A stretch of DNA of 64,000 nucleotides, from assembly GCF_009914755.1 (NCBI RefSeq), contig NC_060929.1; one strand, given 5' to 3'. The translations under genes were made by a program, and so were the position numbers. Below the pieces are notes generated by a model. It was not told the DNA's origin. It made no database searches and saw only the letters and a program-made list of their open reading frames with translations. The first letter of the stretch is position 1; each line of letters begins with the position of its first letter. The DNA is from the human T2T-CHM13v2.0 reference genome, Homo sapiens. Shown piece by piece: positions 11,892 through 26,400 of this stretch.

Positions 11892-14610
11892 CTTCGTTGG
11901 AAACGGGTTTTTTTCCTGTAAGGCTAGACAGAAGAATTCCCAGTAACTTCCTTGTGTTGTGTACATTCAACTCACAGAGTTGAACGTTCCCTTAGACAGA
12001 GCAGATTTGAAACACTCTTTTTGTGCAATTGGCAAGTGGAGATTTCAAGCGCTTTAAGGTCAATGGCAGAAAAGGAAATATCTTCGTTTCAAAACTAGAC
12101 AGAATCATTCCCACAAACTGCGTTGTGATGTGTTCGTTCATCTCACAGAGTTTAACCTTTCTTTTCATAGAGCAGTTAGGAAACACTCTGTTTGTAAACT
12201 CTGCAAGTGGATATTCAGACCTCTTTGAGGCCTTCGTTGGAAACGGGATTTCTTCATATTCTGCTAGACAGAAGAATTCTCAGAATCTTCCTTGTGTTGT
12301 GTGTATTCAACTCACACAGTTGAACGATGGTTTACACAGAGCAGATTTGAAACACTCTTTTTGTGGAATTTGCAAGTGGAGATTTCAGCCGCTTTGAGGT
12401 CAATGGTAGAAAAGGAAATATCTTCGTATAAAAACTAGACAGAATGATTCTCAGAAACTTCTTTGTGATGTGTGCGTTCAACTCACAGAGTTTAACCTTT
12501 CTTTTCATAGAGCAGTTAGGAAACACTCTGTTTGTAAACTCTGCAAGTGGATATTCAGACCTCTTTGAGGCCTTCGTTGGAAACGGGATTTCTTCATACT
12601 GTGCTAGACAGAAGAATTCTCAGTAACTTCCTTGTGTTTTGTGTATTCAACTCACAGAGTTGAACGATCCTTTACACAGAGCAGACTTGAAACACTCTTT
12701 TTGTGGAATTTGCAAGTGGAGATTTCAGCCGCGTTGAGGTCAATGGTAGAAAAGGAAATATCTTCGTATAAAAACTAGACAGAATGATTCTCAGAAACTC
12801 CTTTGAGATGTGTGTGTTCAACTCACAGAGTTTAACCTTTCTTTTCATAGAGCAGTTAGGAATCACTCTGTTTGTAAAGTCTGCAAGTGGATATTCAGAC
12901 CTCTTTGAGGCCTTCGTTGGAAACGGGTTTTTTTCATATAAGGCTAGACAGAAGAATTCCCAGTAACTTCCTTGTGTTGTGTGTGTTCAACTCACAGAGT
13001 TGAACTTTCATTTACACAGAGCAGATTTGAAATACTCTTTTTGTGGAATTTGCAAATGGAGATTTCAAGCGCTTTGAGGCCAAAGGCAGAAAAGGAAATA
13101 TCTTCGTATAAAAACTAGACAGAATCATTCTCAGAAACTGCTCTGCGATGTGTGCGTTCAACTCTCAGAGTTTAACTTTGCTTTTCATTCAGCAGTTTGG
13201 AAACACTCTGTTTGTAAAGTCTGCACGTGGATAATTTGACCACTTAGAGGCCTTCGTTGGAAACGGGTTTTTTTCATGTAAGGCTAGACAGAAGAATTCT
13301 CAGTAACTTCCTTGTGTTGTGTGTATTCAACTCACACAGTTGAACGATCCTTTACACAGAGCAGACTTGTAACACTCTTTTTGTGGAATTTGCAAGTGGA
13401 GATTTCAGCCGCTTTGAAGTCAAATGTAGAAAAGGAAATATCTTCCTATAAAAACTAGACAGAATGATTCTCAGAAACTCCTTTGTGATGTGTGCGTTCA
13501 ACTCACAGAGTTTAACCTTTCTTTTCATAGAGCAGTTAGGAAACACTCTGTTTGTAAAGTCTGCAAGTGGATATTCAGACCTCTTTGAGGCCTTCGTTGG
13601 AAACGGGTTTTTTTCATATAAGGCTAGACAGAAGAATTCCCAGTAACTTCCTTGTGTTGTGTGTGTTCAACTCACAGAGTTGAACTTTCATTTACACAGA
13701 GCAGATTTGAAACACTCGTTTTGTGGAATTTGCAAGTGGAGATTTCAAGCGCTTTGAGGCCAAAGGCAGAAAAGGAAATATCTTCGTATAAAAACTAGAC
13801 AGAATCATTCTCAGAAACTGCTCTGTGATGTGTGCGTTCAACTCTCAGAGTTTAACTTTTCTTTTCATTCAGCAGTTTGGAAACACTCTGTTTGTAAAGT
13901 CTGCACGTGGATAATTTGACCACTTAGAGGCCTTCGTTGGAAACGGGTTTTTTTCATGTAAGGCTAGACAGAAGAGTTCTCAGTAACTTCCTTGTGTTGT
14001 GTGTATTCAACTCACACAGTTGAACGATCCTTTACACAGAGCAGACTTGTAACACTCTTTTTGTGGAATTTGCAAGTGGAGATTTCAGCCGCTTTGAAGT
14101 CAAAGTAGAAAAGGAAATATCTTCCTATAAAAACTAGACAGAATGATTCTCAGAAACTCCTTTGTGATGTGTGCGTTCAACTCACAGAGTTTAACCTTTC
14201 TTTTCATAGAGCAGTTAGGAAACACTCTGTTTGTAAAGTCTGCAAGTGGATATTCAGACCTCTTTGAGGCCTTCGTTGGAAACGGGTTTTTTTCATATAA
14301 GGCTAGACAGAAGAATTCCCAGTAACTTCCTTGTGTTGTGTGTGTTCAACTCACAGAGTTGAACTTTCATTTACACAGAGCAGATTTGAAACACTCTTTT
14401 TGTGGAATTTGCAGGTGGAGATTTCAAGCGCTTTGAGGCCAAAGGCAGAAAAGGAAATATCTTCGTATAAAAACTAGACAGAATCATTCTCAGAAACTGC
14501 TCTGCGATGTGTGCGTTCAACTCTCAGAGTTTAACTTTTCTTTTCATTCAGCAGTTTGGAAACACTCTGTTTGTAAAGTCTGCACGTGGATATTTTGACC
14601 ACTTAGAGGC
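11892..14610 (+). repeat. HOR unit 5, 16-mer type I (A* B C D1 E1' D2 E2 D3/D4)
   Basis: 2,719 bp; lacks E3. The last D has the D3 marker GCAGGTGG followed by the D4 marker GATATTTT. Confidence 0.9.
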
Positions 14611-17600
14611 CTTCGTTGGAAACGGGTTTTTTTCCTGTAAGGCTAGACAGAAGAATTCCCAGTAACTTCCTTGTGTTGTGTACATTCAACTCACAGAGTT
14701 GAACGTTCCCTTAGACAGAGCAGATTTGAAACACTCTTTTTGTGCAATTGGCAAGTGGAGATTTCAAGCGCTTTAAGGTCAATGGCAGAAAAGGAAATAT
14801 CTTCGTTTCAAAACTAGACAGAATCATTCCCACAAACTGCGTTGTGATGTGTTCGTTCATCTCACAGAGTTTAACCTTTCTTTTCATAGAGCAGTTAGGA
14901 AACACTCTGTTTGTAAATTCTGTAAGTGGATATTCTGACATCTTGTGGCCTTCGTTGGAAACGGGATTTCTTCATATTCTGCTAGACAGAAGAATTCTCA
15001 GAATCTTCCTTGTGTTGTGTGTATTCAACTCACACAGTTGAACGATGGTTTACACAGAGCAGATATGAAACACTCTTTTTGTGGAATTTGCAAGTGGAGA
15101 TTTCAGCCGCTTTGAGGTCAATGGTAGAAAAGGAAATATATTCGTATAAAAACTAGACAGAATGATTCTCAGAAACTTCTTTGTGATGTGTGCGTTCAAC
15201 TCACAGAGTTTAACCTTTCTTTTCATAGAGCAGTTAGGAAACACTCTGTTTGTAAACTCTGCAAGTGGATATTCAGACCTCTGTGAGGCCTTCGTTGGAA
15301 ACGGGATTTCTTCATACTGTGCTAGACAGAAGAATTCTCAGTAACTTCCTTGTGTTGTGTGTATTCAACTCACAGAGTTGAACGATCCTTTACACAGAGC
15401 AGACTTGAAACACTCTTTTTGTGGAATTTGCAAGTGGAGATTTCAGCCGCGTTGAGGTCAATGGTAGAAAAGGAAATATCTTCGTATAAAAACTAGACAG
15501 AATGATTCTCAGAAACTCCTTTGAGATGTGTGTGTTCAACTCACAGAGTTTAACCTTTCTTTTCATAGAGCAGTTAGGAATCACTCTGTTTGTAAAGTCT
15601 GCAAGTGGATATTCAGACCTCTTTGAGGCCTTCGTTGGAAACGGGTTTTTTTCATATAAGGCTAGACAGAAGAATTCCCAGTAACTTCCTTGTGTTGTGT
15701 GTGTTCAACTCACAGAGTTGAACTTTCATTTACACAGAGCAGATTTGAAACACTCTTTTTGTGGAATTTGCAAGTGGAGATTTCAAGCGCTTTGAGGCCA
15801 AAGGCAGAAAAGGAAATATCTTCGTATAAAAACTAGACAGAATCATTCTCAGAAACTGCTCTGTGATGTGTGCGTTCAACTCTCAGAGTTTAACTTTTCT
15901 TTTCATTCAGCAGTTTGGAAACACTCTGTTTGTAAAGTCTGCACGTGGATAATTTGACCACTTAGAGGCCTTCGTTGGAAACGGGTTTTTTTCATGTAAG
16001 GCTAGACAGAAGAGTTCTCAGTAACTTCCTTGTGTTGTGTGTATTCAACTCACACAGTTGAACGATCCTTTACACAGAGCAGACTTGTAACACTCTTTTT
16101 GTGGAATTTGCAAGTGGAGATTTCAGCCGCTTTGAAGTCAAAGTAGAAAAGGAAATATCTTCCTATAAAAACTAGACAGAATGATTCTCAGAAACTCCTT
16201 TGTGATGTGTGCGTTCAACTCACAGAGTTTAACCTTTCTTTTCATAGAGCAGTTAGGAAACACTCTGTTTGTAAAGTCTGCAAGTGGATATTCAGACCTC
16301 TTTGAGGCCTTCGTTGGAAATGGGTTTTTTTCATATAAGGCTAGACAGAAGAATTCCCAGTAACTTCCTTGTGTTGTGTGTGTTCAACTCACAGAGTTGA
16401 ACTTTCATTTACACAGAGCAGATTTGAAACACTCTTTTTGTGGAATTTGCAGGTGGAGATTTCAAGCGCTTTGAGGCCAAAGGCAGAAAAGGAAATATCT
16501 TCGTATAAAAACTAGACAGAATCATTCTCAGAAACTGCTCTGCAATGTGTGCGTTCAACTCTCAGAGTTTAACTTTTCTTTTCATTCAGCAGTTTGGAAA
16601 CACTCTGTTTGTAAAGTCTGCACGTGGATAACTTGACCACTTAGAGGCCTTCGTTGGAAACGGGTTTTTTTCATGTAAGGCTAGACAGAAGAATTCTCAG
16701 TAACTTCCTTGTGCTGTGTGTATTCAACTCACAGAGTTGAACGATCCTTTACACAGAGCAGACTTGTAACACTCTTTTTGTGGAATTTGCAAGTGGAGAT
16801 TTCAGCCGCTTTGAAGTCAAAGGTAGAAAAGGAAATATCTTCCTATAAAAACTAGACAGAATGATTCTCAGAAACTCCTTTGTGATGTGTGCGTTCAACT
16901 CACAGAGTTTAACCTTTCTTTTCATAGAGCAGTTAGGAAACACTCTGCTTGTAAAGTCTGCAAGTGGATATTCAGCCCTCTTTGAGGCCTTCGTTGGAAA
17001 CGGGTTTTTTTCATATAAGGCTAGACAGAAGAATTCCCAGTAACTTCCTTGTGTTGTGTGTGTTCAACTCACAGAGTTGAACTTTGATTTACACAGAGCA
17101 GATTTGAAACACTCTTTTTGTGGAATTTGCAAGTGGAGATTTCAAGCGCTTTGAGGCCAAAGGCAGAAAAGGAAATATCTTCGTATAAAAACTAGACAGA
17201 ATCATTCTCAGAAACTGCTCTGCGATGTGTGCGTTCAACTCTCAGAGTTTAACTTTTCTTTTCATTCAGCAGTTTGGAAACACTCTGTTTGTAAAGTCTG
17301 CACGTGGATATTTTGACCACTTAGAGGCCTTCGTTGGAAACGGGTTTTTTTCCTGTAAGGCTAGACAGAAGAATTCCCAGTAACTTCCTTGTGTTGTGTA
17401 CATTCAACTCACAGAGTTGAACGTTCCCTTAGACAGAGCAGATTTGAAACACTCTTTTTGTGCAATTGGCAAGTGGAGATTTCAAGCGCTTTAAGGTCAA
17501 TGGCAGAAAAGGAAATATCTTCGTTTCAAAACTAGACAGAATCATTCCCACAAACTGCGTTGTGATGTGTTCGTTCATCTCACAGAGTTTAAGCTTTCTT

Positions 17601-20046
17601 TTCATAGAGCAGTTAGGAAACACTCTGTTTGTAAATTCTGTAAGAGGATATTCTGACATCTTGTGGCCTTCGTTGGAAACGGGATTTCTTCATATTCTGC
17701 TAGACAGAAGAATTCTCAGAATCTTCCTTGTGTTGTGTGTATTCAACTCACACAGTTGAACGATGGTTTACACAGAGCAGATATGAAACACTCTTTTTGT
17801 GGAATTTGCAAGTGGAGATTTCAGCCGCTTTGAGGTCAATGGTAGAAAAGGAAATATATTCGTATAAAAACTAGACAGAATGATTCTCAGAAACTTCTTT
17901 GTGATGTGTGCGTTCAACTCACAGAGTTTAACCTTTCTTTTCATAGAGCAGTTAGGAAACACTCTGTTTGTAAACTCTGCAAGTGGATATTCAGACCTCT
18001 GTGAGGCCTTCGTTGGAAACGGGATTTCTTCATACTGTGCTAGACAGAAGAATTCTCAGTAACTTCCTTGTGTTGTGTGTATTCAACTCACAGAGTTGAA
18101 CGATCCTTTACACAGAGCAGACTTGAAACACTCTTTTTGTGGAATTTGCAAGTGGAGATTTCAGCCGCGTTGAGGTCAATGGTAGAAAAGGAAATATCTT
18201 CGTATAAAAACTAGACAGAATGATTCTCAGAAACTCCTTTGAGATGTGTGTGTTCAACTCACAGAGTTTAACCTTTCTTTTCATAGAGCAGTTAGGAATC
18301 ACTCTGTTTGTAAAGTCTGCAAGTGGATATTCAGACCTCTTTGAGGCCTTCGTTGGAAACGGGTTTTTTTCATATAAGGCTAGACAGAAGAATTCCCAGT
18401 AACTTCCTTGTGTTGTGTGTGTTCAACTCACAGAGTTGAACTTTCATTTACACAGAGCAGATTTGAAACACTCTTTTTGTGGAATTTGCAAGTGGAGATT
18501 TCAAGCGCTTTGAGGCCAAAGGCAGAAAAGGAAATATCTTCGTATAAAAACTAGACAGAATCATTCTCAGAAACTGCTCTGTGATGTGTGCGTTCAACTC
18601 TCAGAGTTTAACTTTTCTTTTCATTCAGCAGTTTGGAAACACTCTGTTTGTAAAGTCTGCACGTGGATAATTTGACCACTTAGAGGCCTTCGTTGGAAAC
18701 GGGTTTTTTTCATGTAAGGATAGACAGAAGAGTTCTCAGTAACTTCCTTGTGTTGTGTGTATTCAACTCACACAGTTGAACGATCCTTTACACAGAGCAG
18801 ACTTGTAACACTCTTTTTGTGGAATTTGCAAGTGGAGATTTCAGCCGCTTTGAAGTCAAAGTAGAAAAGGAAATATCTTCCTATAAAAACTAGACAGAAT
18901 GATTCTCAGAAACTCCTTTGTGATGTGTGCGTTCAACTCACAGAGTTTAACCTTTCTTTTCATAGAGCAGTTAGGAAACACTCTGTTTGTAAAGTCTGCA
19001 AGTGGATATTCAGACCTCTTTGAGGCCTTCGTTGGAAATGGGTTTTTTTCATATAAGGCTAGACAGAAGAATTCCCAGTAACTTCCTTGTGTTGTGTGTG
19101 TTCAACTCACAGAGTTGAACTTTCATTTACACAGAGCAGATTTGAAACACTCTTTTTGTGGAATTTGCAGGTGGAGATTTCAAGCGCTTTGAGGCCAAAG
19201 GCAGAAAAGGAAATATCTTCGTATAAAAACTAGACAGAATCATTCTCAGAAACTGCTCTGCAATGTGTGCGTTCAACTCTCAGAGTTTAACTTTTCTTTT
19301 CATTCAGCAGTTTGGAAACACTCTGTTTGTAAAGTCTGCACGTGGATAACTTGACCACTTAGAGGCCTTCGTTGGAAACGGGTTTTTTTCATGTAAGGCT
19401 AGACAGAAGAATTCTCAGTAACTTCCTTGTGTTGTGTGTATTCAACTCACAGAGTTGAACGATCCTTTACACAGAGCAGACTTGTAACACTCTTTTTGTG
19501 GAATTTGCAAGTGGAGATTTCAGCCGCTTTGAAGTCAAAGGTAGAAAAGGAAATATCTTCCTATAAAAACTAGACAGAATGATTCTCAGAAACTCCTTTG
19601 TGATGTGTGCGTTCAACTCACAGAGTTTAACCTTTCTTTTCATAGAGCAGTTAGGAAACACTCTGCTTGTAAAGTCTGCAAGTGGATATTCAGCCCTCTT
19701 TGAGGCCTTCGTTGGAAACGGGTTTTTTTCATATAAGGCTAGACAGAAGAATTCCCAGTAACTTCCTTGTGTTGTGTGTGTTCAACTCACAGAGTTGAAC
19801 TTTGATTTACACAGAGCAGATTTGAAACACTCTTTTTGTGGAATTTGCAAGTGGAGATTTCAAGCGCTTTGAGGCCAAAGGCAGAAAAGGAAATATCTTC
19901 GTATAAAAACTAGACAGAATCATTCTCAGAAACTGCTCTGCGATGTGTGCGTTCAACTCTCAGAGTTTAACTTTTCTTTTCATTCAGCAGTTTGGAAACA
20001 CTCTGTTTGTAAAGTCTGCACGTGGATATTTTGACCACTTAGAGGC
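14611..20046 (+). repeat. HOR units 6-7, two 16-mers of type II (A B C D2 E2 D3 E3 D4), 14611-17328 and 17329-20046
   Basis: 2,718 bp each; both lack the D1/E1 markers and share six rare SNVs at offset 2,718. Confidence 0.92.
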
Positions 20047-23000
20047 CTTCGTTGGAAACGGGTTTTTTTCCTGTAAGGCTAGACAGAAGAATTCCCAGTA
20101 ACTTCCTTGTGTTGTGTACATTCAACTCACAGAGTTGAACGTTCCCTTAGACAGAGCAGATTTGAAACACTCTTTTTGTGCAATTGGCAAGTGGAGATTT
20201 CAAGCGCTTTAAGGTCAATGGCAGAAAAGGAAATATCTTCGTTTCAAAACTAGACAGAATCATTCCCACAAACTGCGTTGTGATGTGTTCGTTCATCTCA
20301 CAGAGTTTAACCTTTCTTTTCATAGAGCAGTTAGGAAACACTCTGTTTGTAAATTCTGTAAGTGGATATTCTGACATCTTGTGGCCTTCGTTGGAAACGG
20401 GATTTCTTCATATTCTGCTAGACAGAAGAATTCTCAGAATCTTCCTTGTGTTGTGTGTATTCAACTCACACAGTTGAACGATGGTTTACACAGAGCAGAT
20501 TTGAAACACTCTTTTTGTGGAATTTGCAAGTGGAGATTTCAGCCGCTTTGAGGTCAATGGTAGAAAAGGAAATATCTTCGTATAAAAACTAGACAGAATG
20601 ATTCTCAGAAACTTCTTTGTGATGTGTGCGTTCAACTCACAGAGTTTAACCTTTCTTTTCATAGAGCAGTTAGGAAACACTCTGTTTGTAAACTCTGCAA
20701 GTGGATATTCAGACCTCTTTGAGGCCTTCGTTGGAAACGGGATTTCTTCATACTGTGCTAGACAGAAGAATTCTCAGTAACTTCCTTGTGTTGTGTGTAT
20801 TCAACTCACAGAGTTGAACGATCCTTTACACAGAGCAGACTTGAAACACTCTTTTTGTGGAATTTGCAAGTGGAGATTTCAGCCGCGTTGAGGTCAATGG
20901 TAGAAAAGGAAATATCTTCGTATAAAAACTAGACAGAATGATTCTCAGAAACTCCTTTGAGATGTGTGTGTTCAACTCACAGAGTTTAACCTTTCTTTTC
21001 ATAGAGCAGTTAGGAATCACTCTGTTTGTAAAGTCTGCAGGTGGATATTCAGACCTCTTTGAGGCCTTCGTTGGAAACGGGTTTTTTTCATATAAGGCTA
21101 GAGAGAAGAATTCCCAGTAACTTCCTTGTGTTGTGTGTGTTCAACTCACAGAGTTGAACTTTCATTTACACAGAGCAGATTTGAAACACTCTTTTTGTGG
21201 AATTTGCAAGTGGAGATTTCAAGCGCTGTGAAGCCAAAGGCAGAAAAGGAAATATCTTCGTATAAAAACTAGACAGAATCATTCTCAGAAACTGCTCTGC
21301 GATGTGTGCGTTCAACTCTCAGAGTTTAACTTTTCTTTTCATTCAGCAGTTTGGAAACACTCTGTTTGTAAAGTCTGCACGTGGATAATTTGACCACTTA
21401 GAGGCCTTCGTTGGAAACGGGTTTTTTTCATGTAAGGCTAGACAGAAGAATTCTCAGTAACTTCCTTGTGTTGTGTGTATTCAACTCACACGGTTGAACG
21501 ATCCTTTACACAGAGCAGACTTGTAACACTCTTTTTGTGGAATTTGCAAGTGGAGATTTCAGCCGCTTTGAAGTCAAATGTAGAAAAGGAAATATCTTCC
21601 TATAAAAACTAGACAGAATGATTCTCAGAAACTCCTTTGTGATGTGTGCGTTCAACTCACAGAGTTTAACCTTTCTTTTCATAGAGCAGTTAGGAAACAC
21701 TCTGTTTGTAAAGTCTGCAAGTGGATATTCAGACCTCTTTGAGGCCTTCGTTGGAAACGGGTTTTTGTCATATAAGGCTAGACAGAAGAATTCCCAGTAA
21801 CTTCCTTGTGTTGTGTGTGTTCAACTCACAGAGTTGAACTTTCATTTACACAGAGCAGATTTGAAACACTCTTTTTGTGGAATTTGCAAGTGGAGATTTC
21901 AAGCGCTTTGAGGCCAAAGGCAGAAAAGGAAATATCTTCGTATAAAAACTAGACAGAATCATTCTCAGAAACTGCTCTGTGATGTGTGCGTTCAACTCTC
22001 AGAGTTTAACTTTTCTTTTCATTCAGCAGTTTGGAAACACTCTGTTTGTAAAGTCTGCACGTGGATAATTTGACCACTTAGAGGCCTTCGTTGGAAACGG
22101 GTTTTTTTCATGTAAGGCTAGACAGAAGAGTTCTCAGTAACTTCCTTGTGTTGTGTGTATTCAACTCACACAGTTGAACGATCCTTTACACAGAGCAGAC
22201 TTGTAACACTCTTTTTGTGGAATTTGCAAGTGGAGATTTCAGCCGCTTTGAAGTCAAAGTAGAAAAGGAAATATCTTCCTATAAAAACTAGACAGAATGA
22301 TTCTCAGAAACTCCTTTGTGATGTGTGCGTTCAACTCACAGAGTTTAACCTTTCTTTTCATAGAGCAGTTAGGAAACACTCTGTTTGTAAAGTCTGCAAG
22401 TGGATATTCAGACCTCTTTGAGGCCTTCGTTGGAAACGGGTTTTTTTCATATAAGGCTAGACAGAAGAATTCCCAGTAACTTCCTTGTGTTGTGTGTGTT
22501 CAACTCACAGAGTTGAACTTTCATTTACACAGAGCAGATTTGAAACACTCTTTTTGTGGAATTTGCAGGTGGAGATTTCAAGCGCTTTGAGGCCAAAGGC
22601 AGAAAAGGAAATATCTTCGTATAAAAACTAGACAGAATCATTCTCAGAAACTGCTCTGCGATGTGTGCGTTCAACTCTCAGAGTTTAACTTTGCTTTTCA
22701 TTCAGCAGTTTGGAAACACTCTGTTTGTAAAGTCTGCACGTGGATAATTTGACCACTTAGAGGCCTTCGTTGGAAACGGGTTTTTTTCATGTAAGGCTAG
22801 ACAGAAGAATTCTCAGTAACTTCCTTGTGTTGTGTGTATTCAACTCACACGGTTGAACGATCCTTTACACAGAGCAGACTTGTAACACTCTTTTTGTGGA
22901 ATTTGCAAGTGGAGATTTCAGCCGCTTTGAAGTCAAAGGTAGAAAAGGAAATATCTTCCTATAAAAACTAGACAGAATGATTCTCAGAAACTCCTTTGTG

Positions 23001-23444
23001 ATGTGTGCGTTCAACTCACAGAGTTTAACCTTTCTTTTCATAGAGCAGTTAGGAAACACTCTGCTTGTAAAGTCTGCAAGTGGATATTCAGCCCTCTTTG
23101 AGGCCTTCGTTGGAAACGGGTTTTTTTCATATAAGGCTAGACAGAAGAATTCCCAGTAACTTCCTTGTGTTGTGTGTGTTCAACTCACAGAGTTGAACTT
23201 TGATTTACACAGAGCAGATTTGAAACACTCTTTTTGTGGAATTTGCAAGTGGAGATTTCAAGCGCTTTGAGGCCAAAGGCAGAAAAGGAAATATCTTCGT
23301 ATAAAAACTAGACAGAATCATTCTCAGAAACTGCTCTGCGATGTGTGCGTTCAACTCTCAGAGTTTAACTTTTCTTTTCATTCAGCAGTTTGGAAACACT
23401 CTGTTTGTAAAGTCTGCACGTGGATATTTTGACCACTTAGAGGC
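20047..23444 (+). repeat. HOR unit 8, 20-mer
   Basis: 3,398 bp between A markers. Confidence 0.9.
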
Positions 23445-26400
23445 CTTCGTTGGAAACGGGTTTTTTTCCTGTAAGGCTAGACAGAAGAATTCCCAGTAAC
23501 TTCCTTGTGTTGTGTACATTCAACTCACAGAGTTGAACGTTCCCTTAGACAGAGCAGATTTGAAACACTCTTTTTGTGCAATTGGCAAGTGGAGATTTCA
23601 AGCGCTTTAAGGTCAATGGCAGAAAAGGAAATATCTTCGTTTCAAAACTAGACAGAATCATTCCCACAAACTGCGTTGTGATGTGTTCGTTCATCTCACA
23701 GAGTTTAACCTTTCTTTTCATAGAGCAGTTAGGAAACACTCTGTTTGTAAATTCTGTAAGTGGATATTCTGACATCTTGTGGCCTTCGTTGGAAACGGGA
23801 TTTCTTCATATTCTGCTAGACAGAAGAATTCTCAGAATCTTCCTTGTGTTGTGTGTATTCAACTCACACAGTTGAACGATGGTTTACACAGAGCAGATTT
23901 GAAACACTCTTTTTGTGGAATTTGCAAGTGGAGATTTCAGCCACTTTGAGGTCAATGGTAGAAAAGGAAATATCTTCGTATAAAAACTAGACAGAATGAT
24001 TCTCAGAAACTTCTTCGTGATGTGTGCGTTCAACTCACAGAGTTTAACCTTTCTTTTCATAGAGCAGTTAGGAAACACTCTGTTTGTAAACTCTGCAAGT
24101 GGATATTCAGACCTCTTTGAGGCCTTCGTTGGAAACGGGATTTCTTCATACTGTGCTAGACAGAAGAATTCTCAGTAACTTCCTTGTGTTGTGTGTATTC
24201 AACTCACAGAGTTGAACGATCCTTTACACAGAGCAGACTTGAAACACTCTTTTTGTGGAATTTGCAAGTGGCGATTTCAGCCGCGTTGAGGTCAATGGTA
24301 GAAAAGGAAATATCTTCGTATAAAAACTAGACAGAATGATTCTCAGAAACTCCTTTGAGATGTGTGTGTTCAACTCACAGAGTTTAACCTTTCTTTTCAT
24401 AGAGCAGTTAGGAATCACTCTGTTTGTAAAGTCTGCAAGTGGATATTCAGACCTCTTTGAGGCCTTCGTTGGAAACGGGTTTTTTTCATATAAGGCTAGA
24501 CAGAAGAATTCCCAGTAACTTCCTTGTGTTGTGTGTGTTCAACTCACAGAGTTGAACTTTCATTTACACAGAGCAGATTTGAAACACTCTTTTTGTGGAA
24601 TTTGCAAATGGAGATTTCAAGCGCTTTGAGGCCAAAGGCAGAAAAGGAAATATCTTCGTATAAAAACTAGACAGAATCATTCTCAGAAACTGCTCTGCGA
24701 TGTGTGCGTTCAACTCTCAGAGTTTAACTTCGCTTTTCATTCAGCAGTTTGGAAACACTCTGTTTGTAAAGTCTGCACGTGGATAATTTGACCACTTAGA
24801 GGCCTTCGTTGGAAACGGGTTTTTTTCATGTAAGGCTAGACAGAAGAATTCTCAGTAACTTCCTTGTGTTGTGTGTATTCAACTCACAGAGTTGAACGAT
24901 CCTTTACACAGAGCAGACTTGTAACACTCTTTTTGTGGAATTTGCAAGTGGAGATTTCAGCCGCTTTGAAGTCAAAGGTAGAAAAGGAAATATCTTCCTA
25001 TAAAAATTACACAGAATGATTCTCAGAAACTCCTTTGTGATGTGTGCGTTCAACTCACAGAGTTTAACCTTTCTTTTCATAGAGGAGTTAGGAAACACTC
25101 TGTTTGTAAAGTCTGCAAGTGGATATTCAGACCTCTTTGAGGCCTTCGTTGGAAACGGGTTTTTTTCATATAAGGCTAGACAGAAGAATTCCCAGTAACT
25201 TCCTTGTGTTGTGTGTGTTCAACTCACAGAGTTGAACTTTCATTTACACAGAGCAGATTTGAAACACTCTTTTTGTGGAATTTGCAAGTGGAGATTTCAA
25301 GCGCTTTGAGGCCAAAGGCAGAAAAGGAAATATCTTCGTATAAAAACTAGACAGAATCATTCTCAGAAACTGCTCTGTGATGTGTGCGTTCAACTCTCAG
25401 AGTTTAACTTTTCTTTTCATTCAGCAGTTTGGAAACACTCTGTTTGTAAAGTCTGCACGTGGATAATTTGACCACTTAGAGGCCTTCATTGGAAACGGGT
25501 TTTTTTCATGTAAGGCTAGACAGAAGAGTTCTCAGTAACTTCCTTGTGTTGTGTGTATTCAACTCACACAGTTGAACGATCCTTTACACAGAGCAGACTT
25601 GTAACACTCTTTTTGTGGAATTTGCAAGTGGAGATTTCAGCCGCTTTGAAGTCAAAGTAGAAAAGGAAATATCTTCCTATAAAAACTAGACAGAATGATT
25701 CTCAGAAACTCCTTTGTGATGTGTGCGTTCAACTCACAGAGTTTAACCTTTCTTTTCATAGAGCAGTTAGGAAACACTCTGTTTGTAAAGTCTGCAAGTG
25801 GATATTCAGACCTCTTTGAGGCCTTCGTTGGAAACGGGTTTTTTTCATATAAGGCTAGACAGAAGAATTCCCAGTAACTTCCTTGTGTTGTGTGTGTTCA
25901 ACTCACAGAGTTGAACTTTCATTTACACAGAGCAGATTTGAAACACTCTTTTTGTGGAATTTGCAGGTGGAGATTTCAAGCGCTTTGAGGCCAAAGGCAG
26001 AAAAGGAAATATCTTCGTATAAAAACTAGACAGAATCATTCTCAGAAACTGCTCTGCGATGTGTGCGTTCAACTCTCAGAGTTTAACTTTGCTTTTCATT
26101 CAGCAGTTTGGAAACACTCTGTTTGTAAAGTCTGCACGTGGATAATTTGACCACTTAGAGGCCTTCGTTGGAAACGGGTTTTTTTCATGTAAGGCTAGAC
26201 AGAAGAATTCTCAGTAACTTCCTTGTGTTGTGTGTATTCAACTCACAGAGTTGAACGATCCTTTACACAGAGCAGACTTGTAACACTCTTTTTGTGGAAT
26301 TTGCAAGTGGAGATTTCAGCCGCTTTGAAGTCAAAGGTAGAAAAGGAAATATCTTTCTATAAAAACTAGACAATGATTCTCAGAAACTCCTTTGTGATGT

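Noticed and set aside
12023-12397. Longest ORF, 124 aa and unique
   Set aside because: It is produced by the +1 frameshift of the A/B conversion tract, not by a gene.
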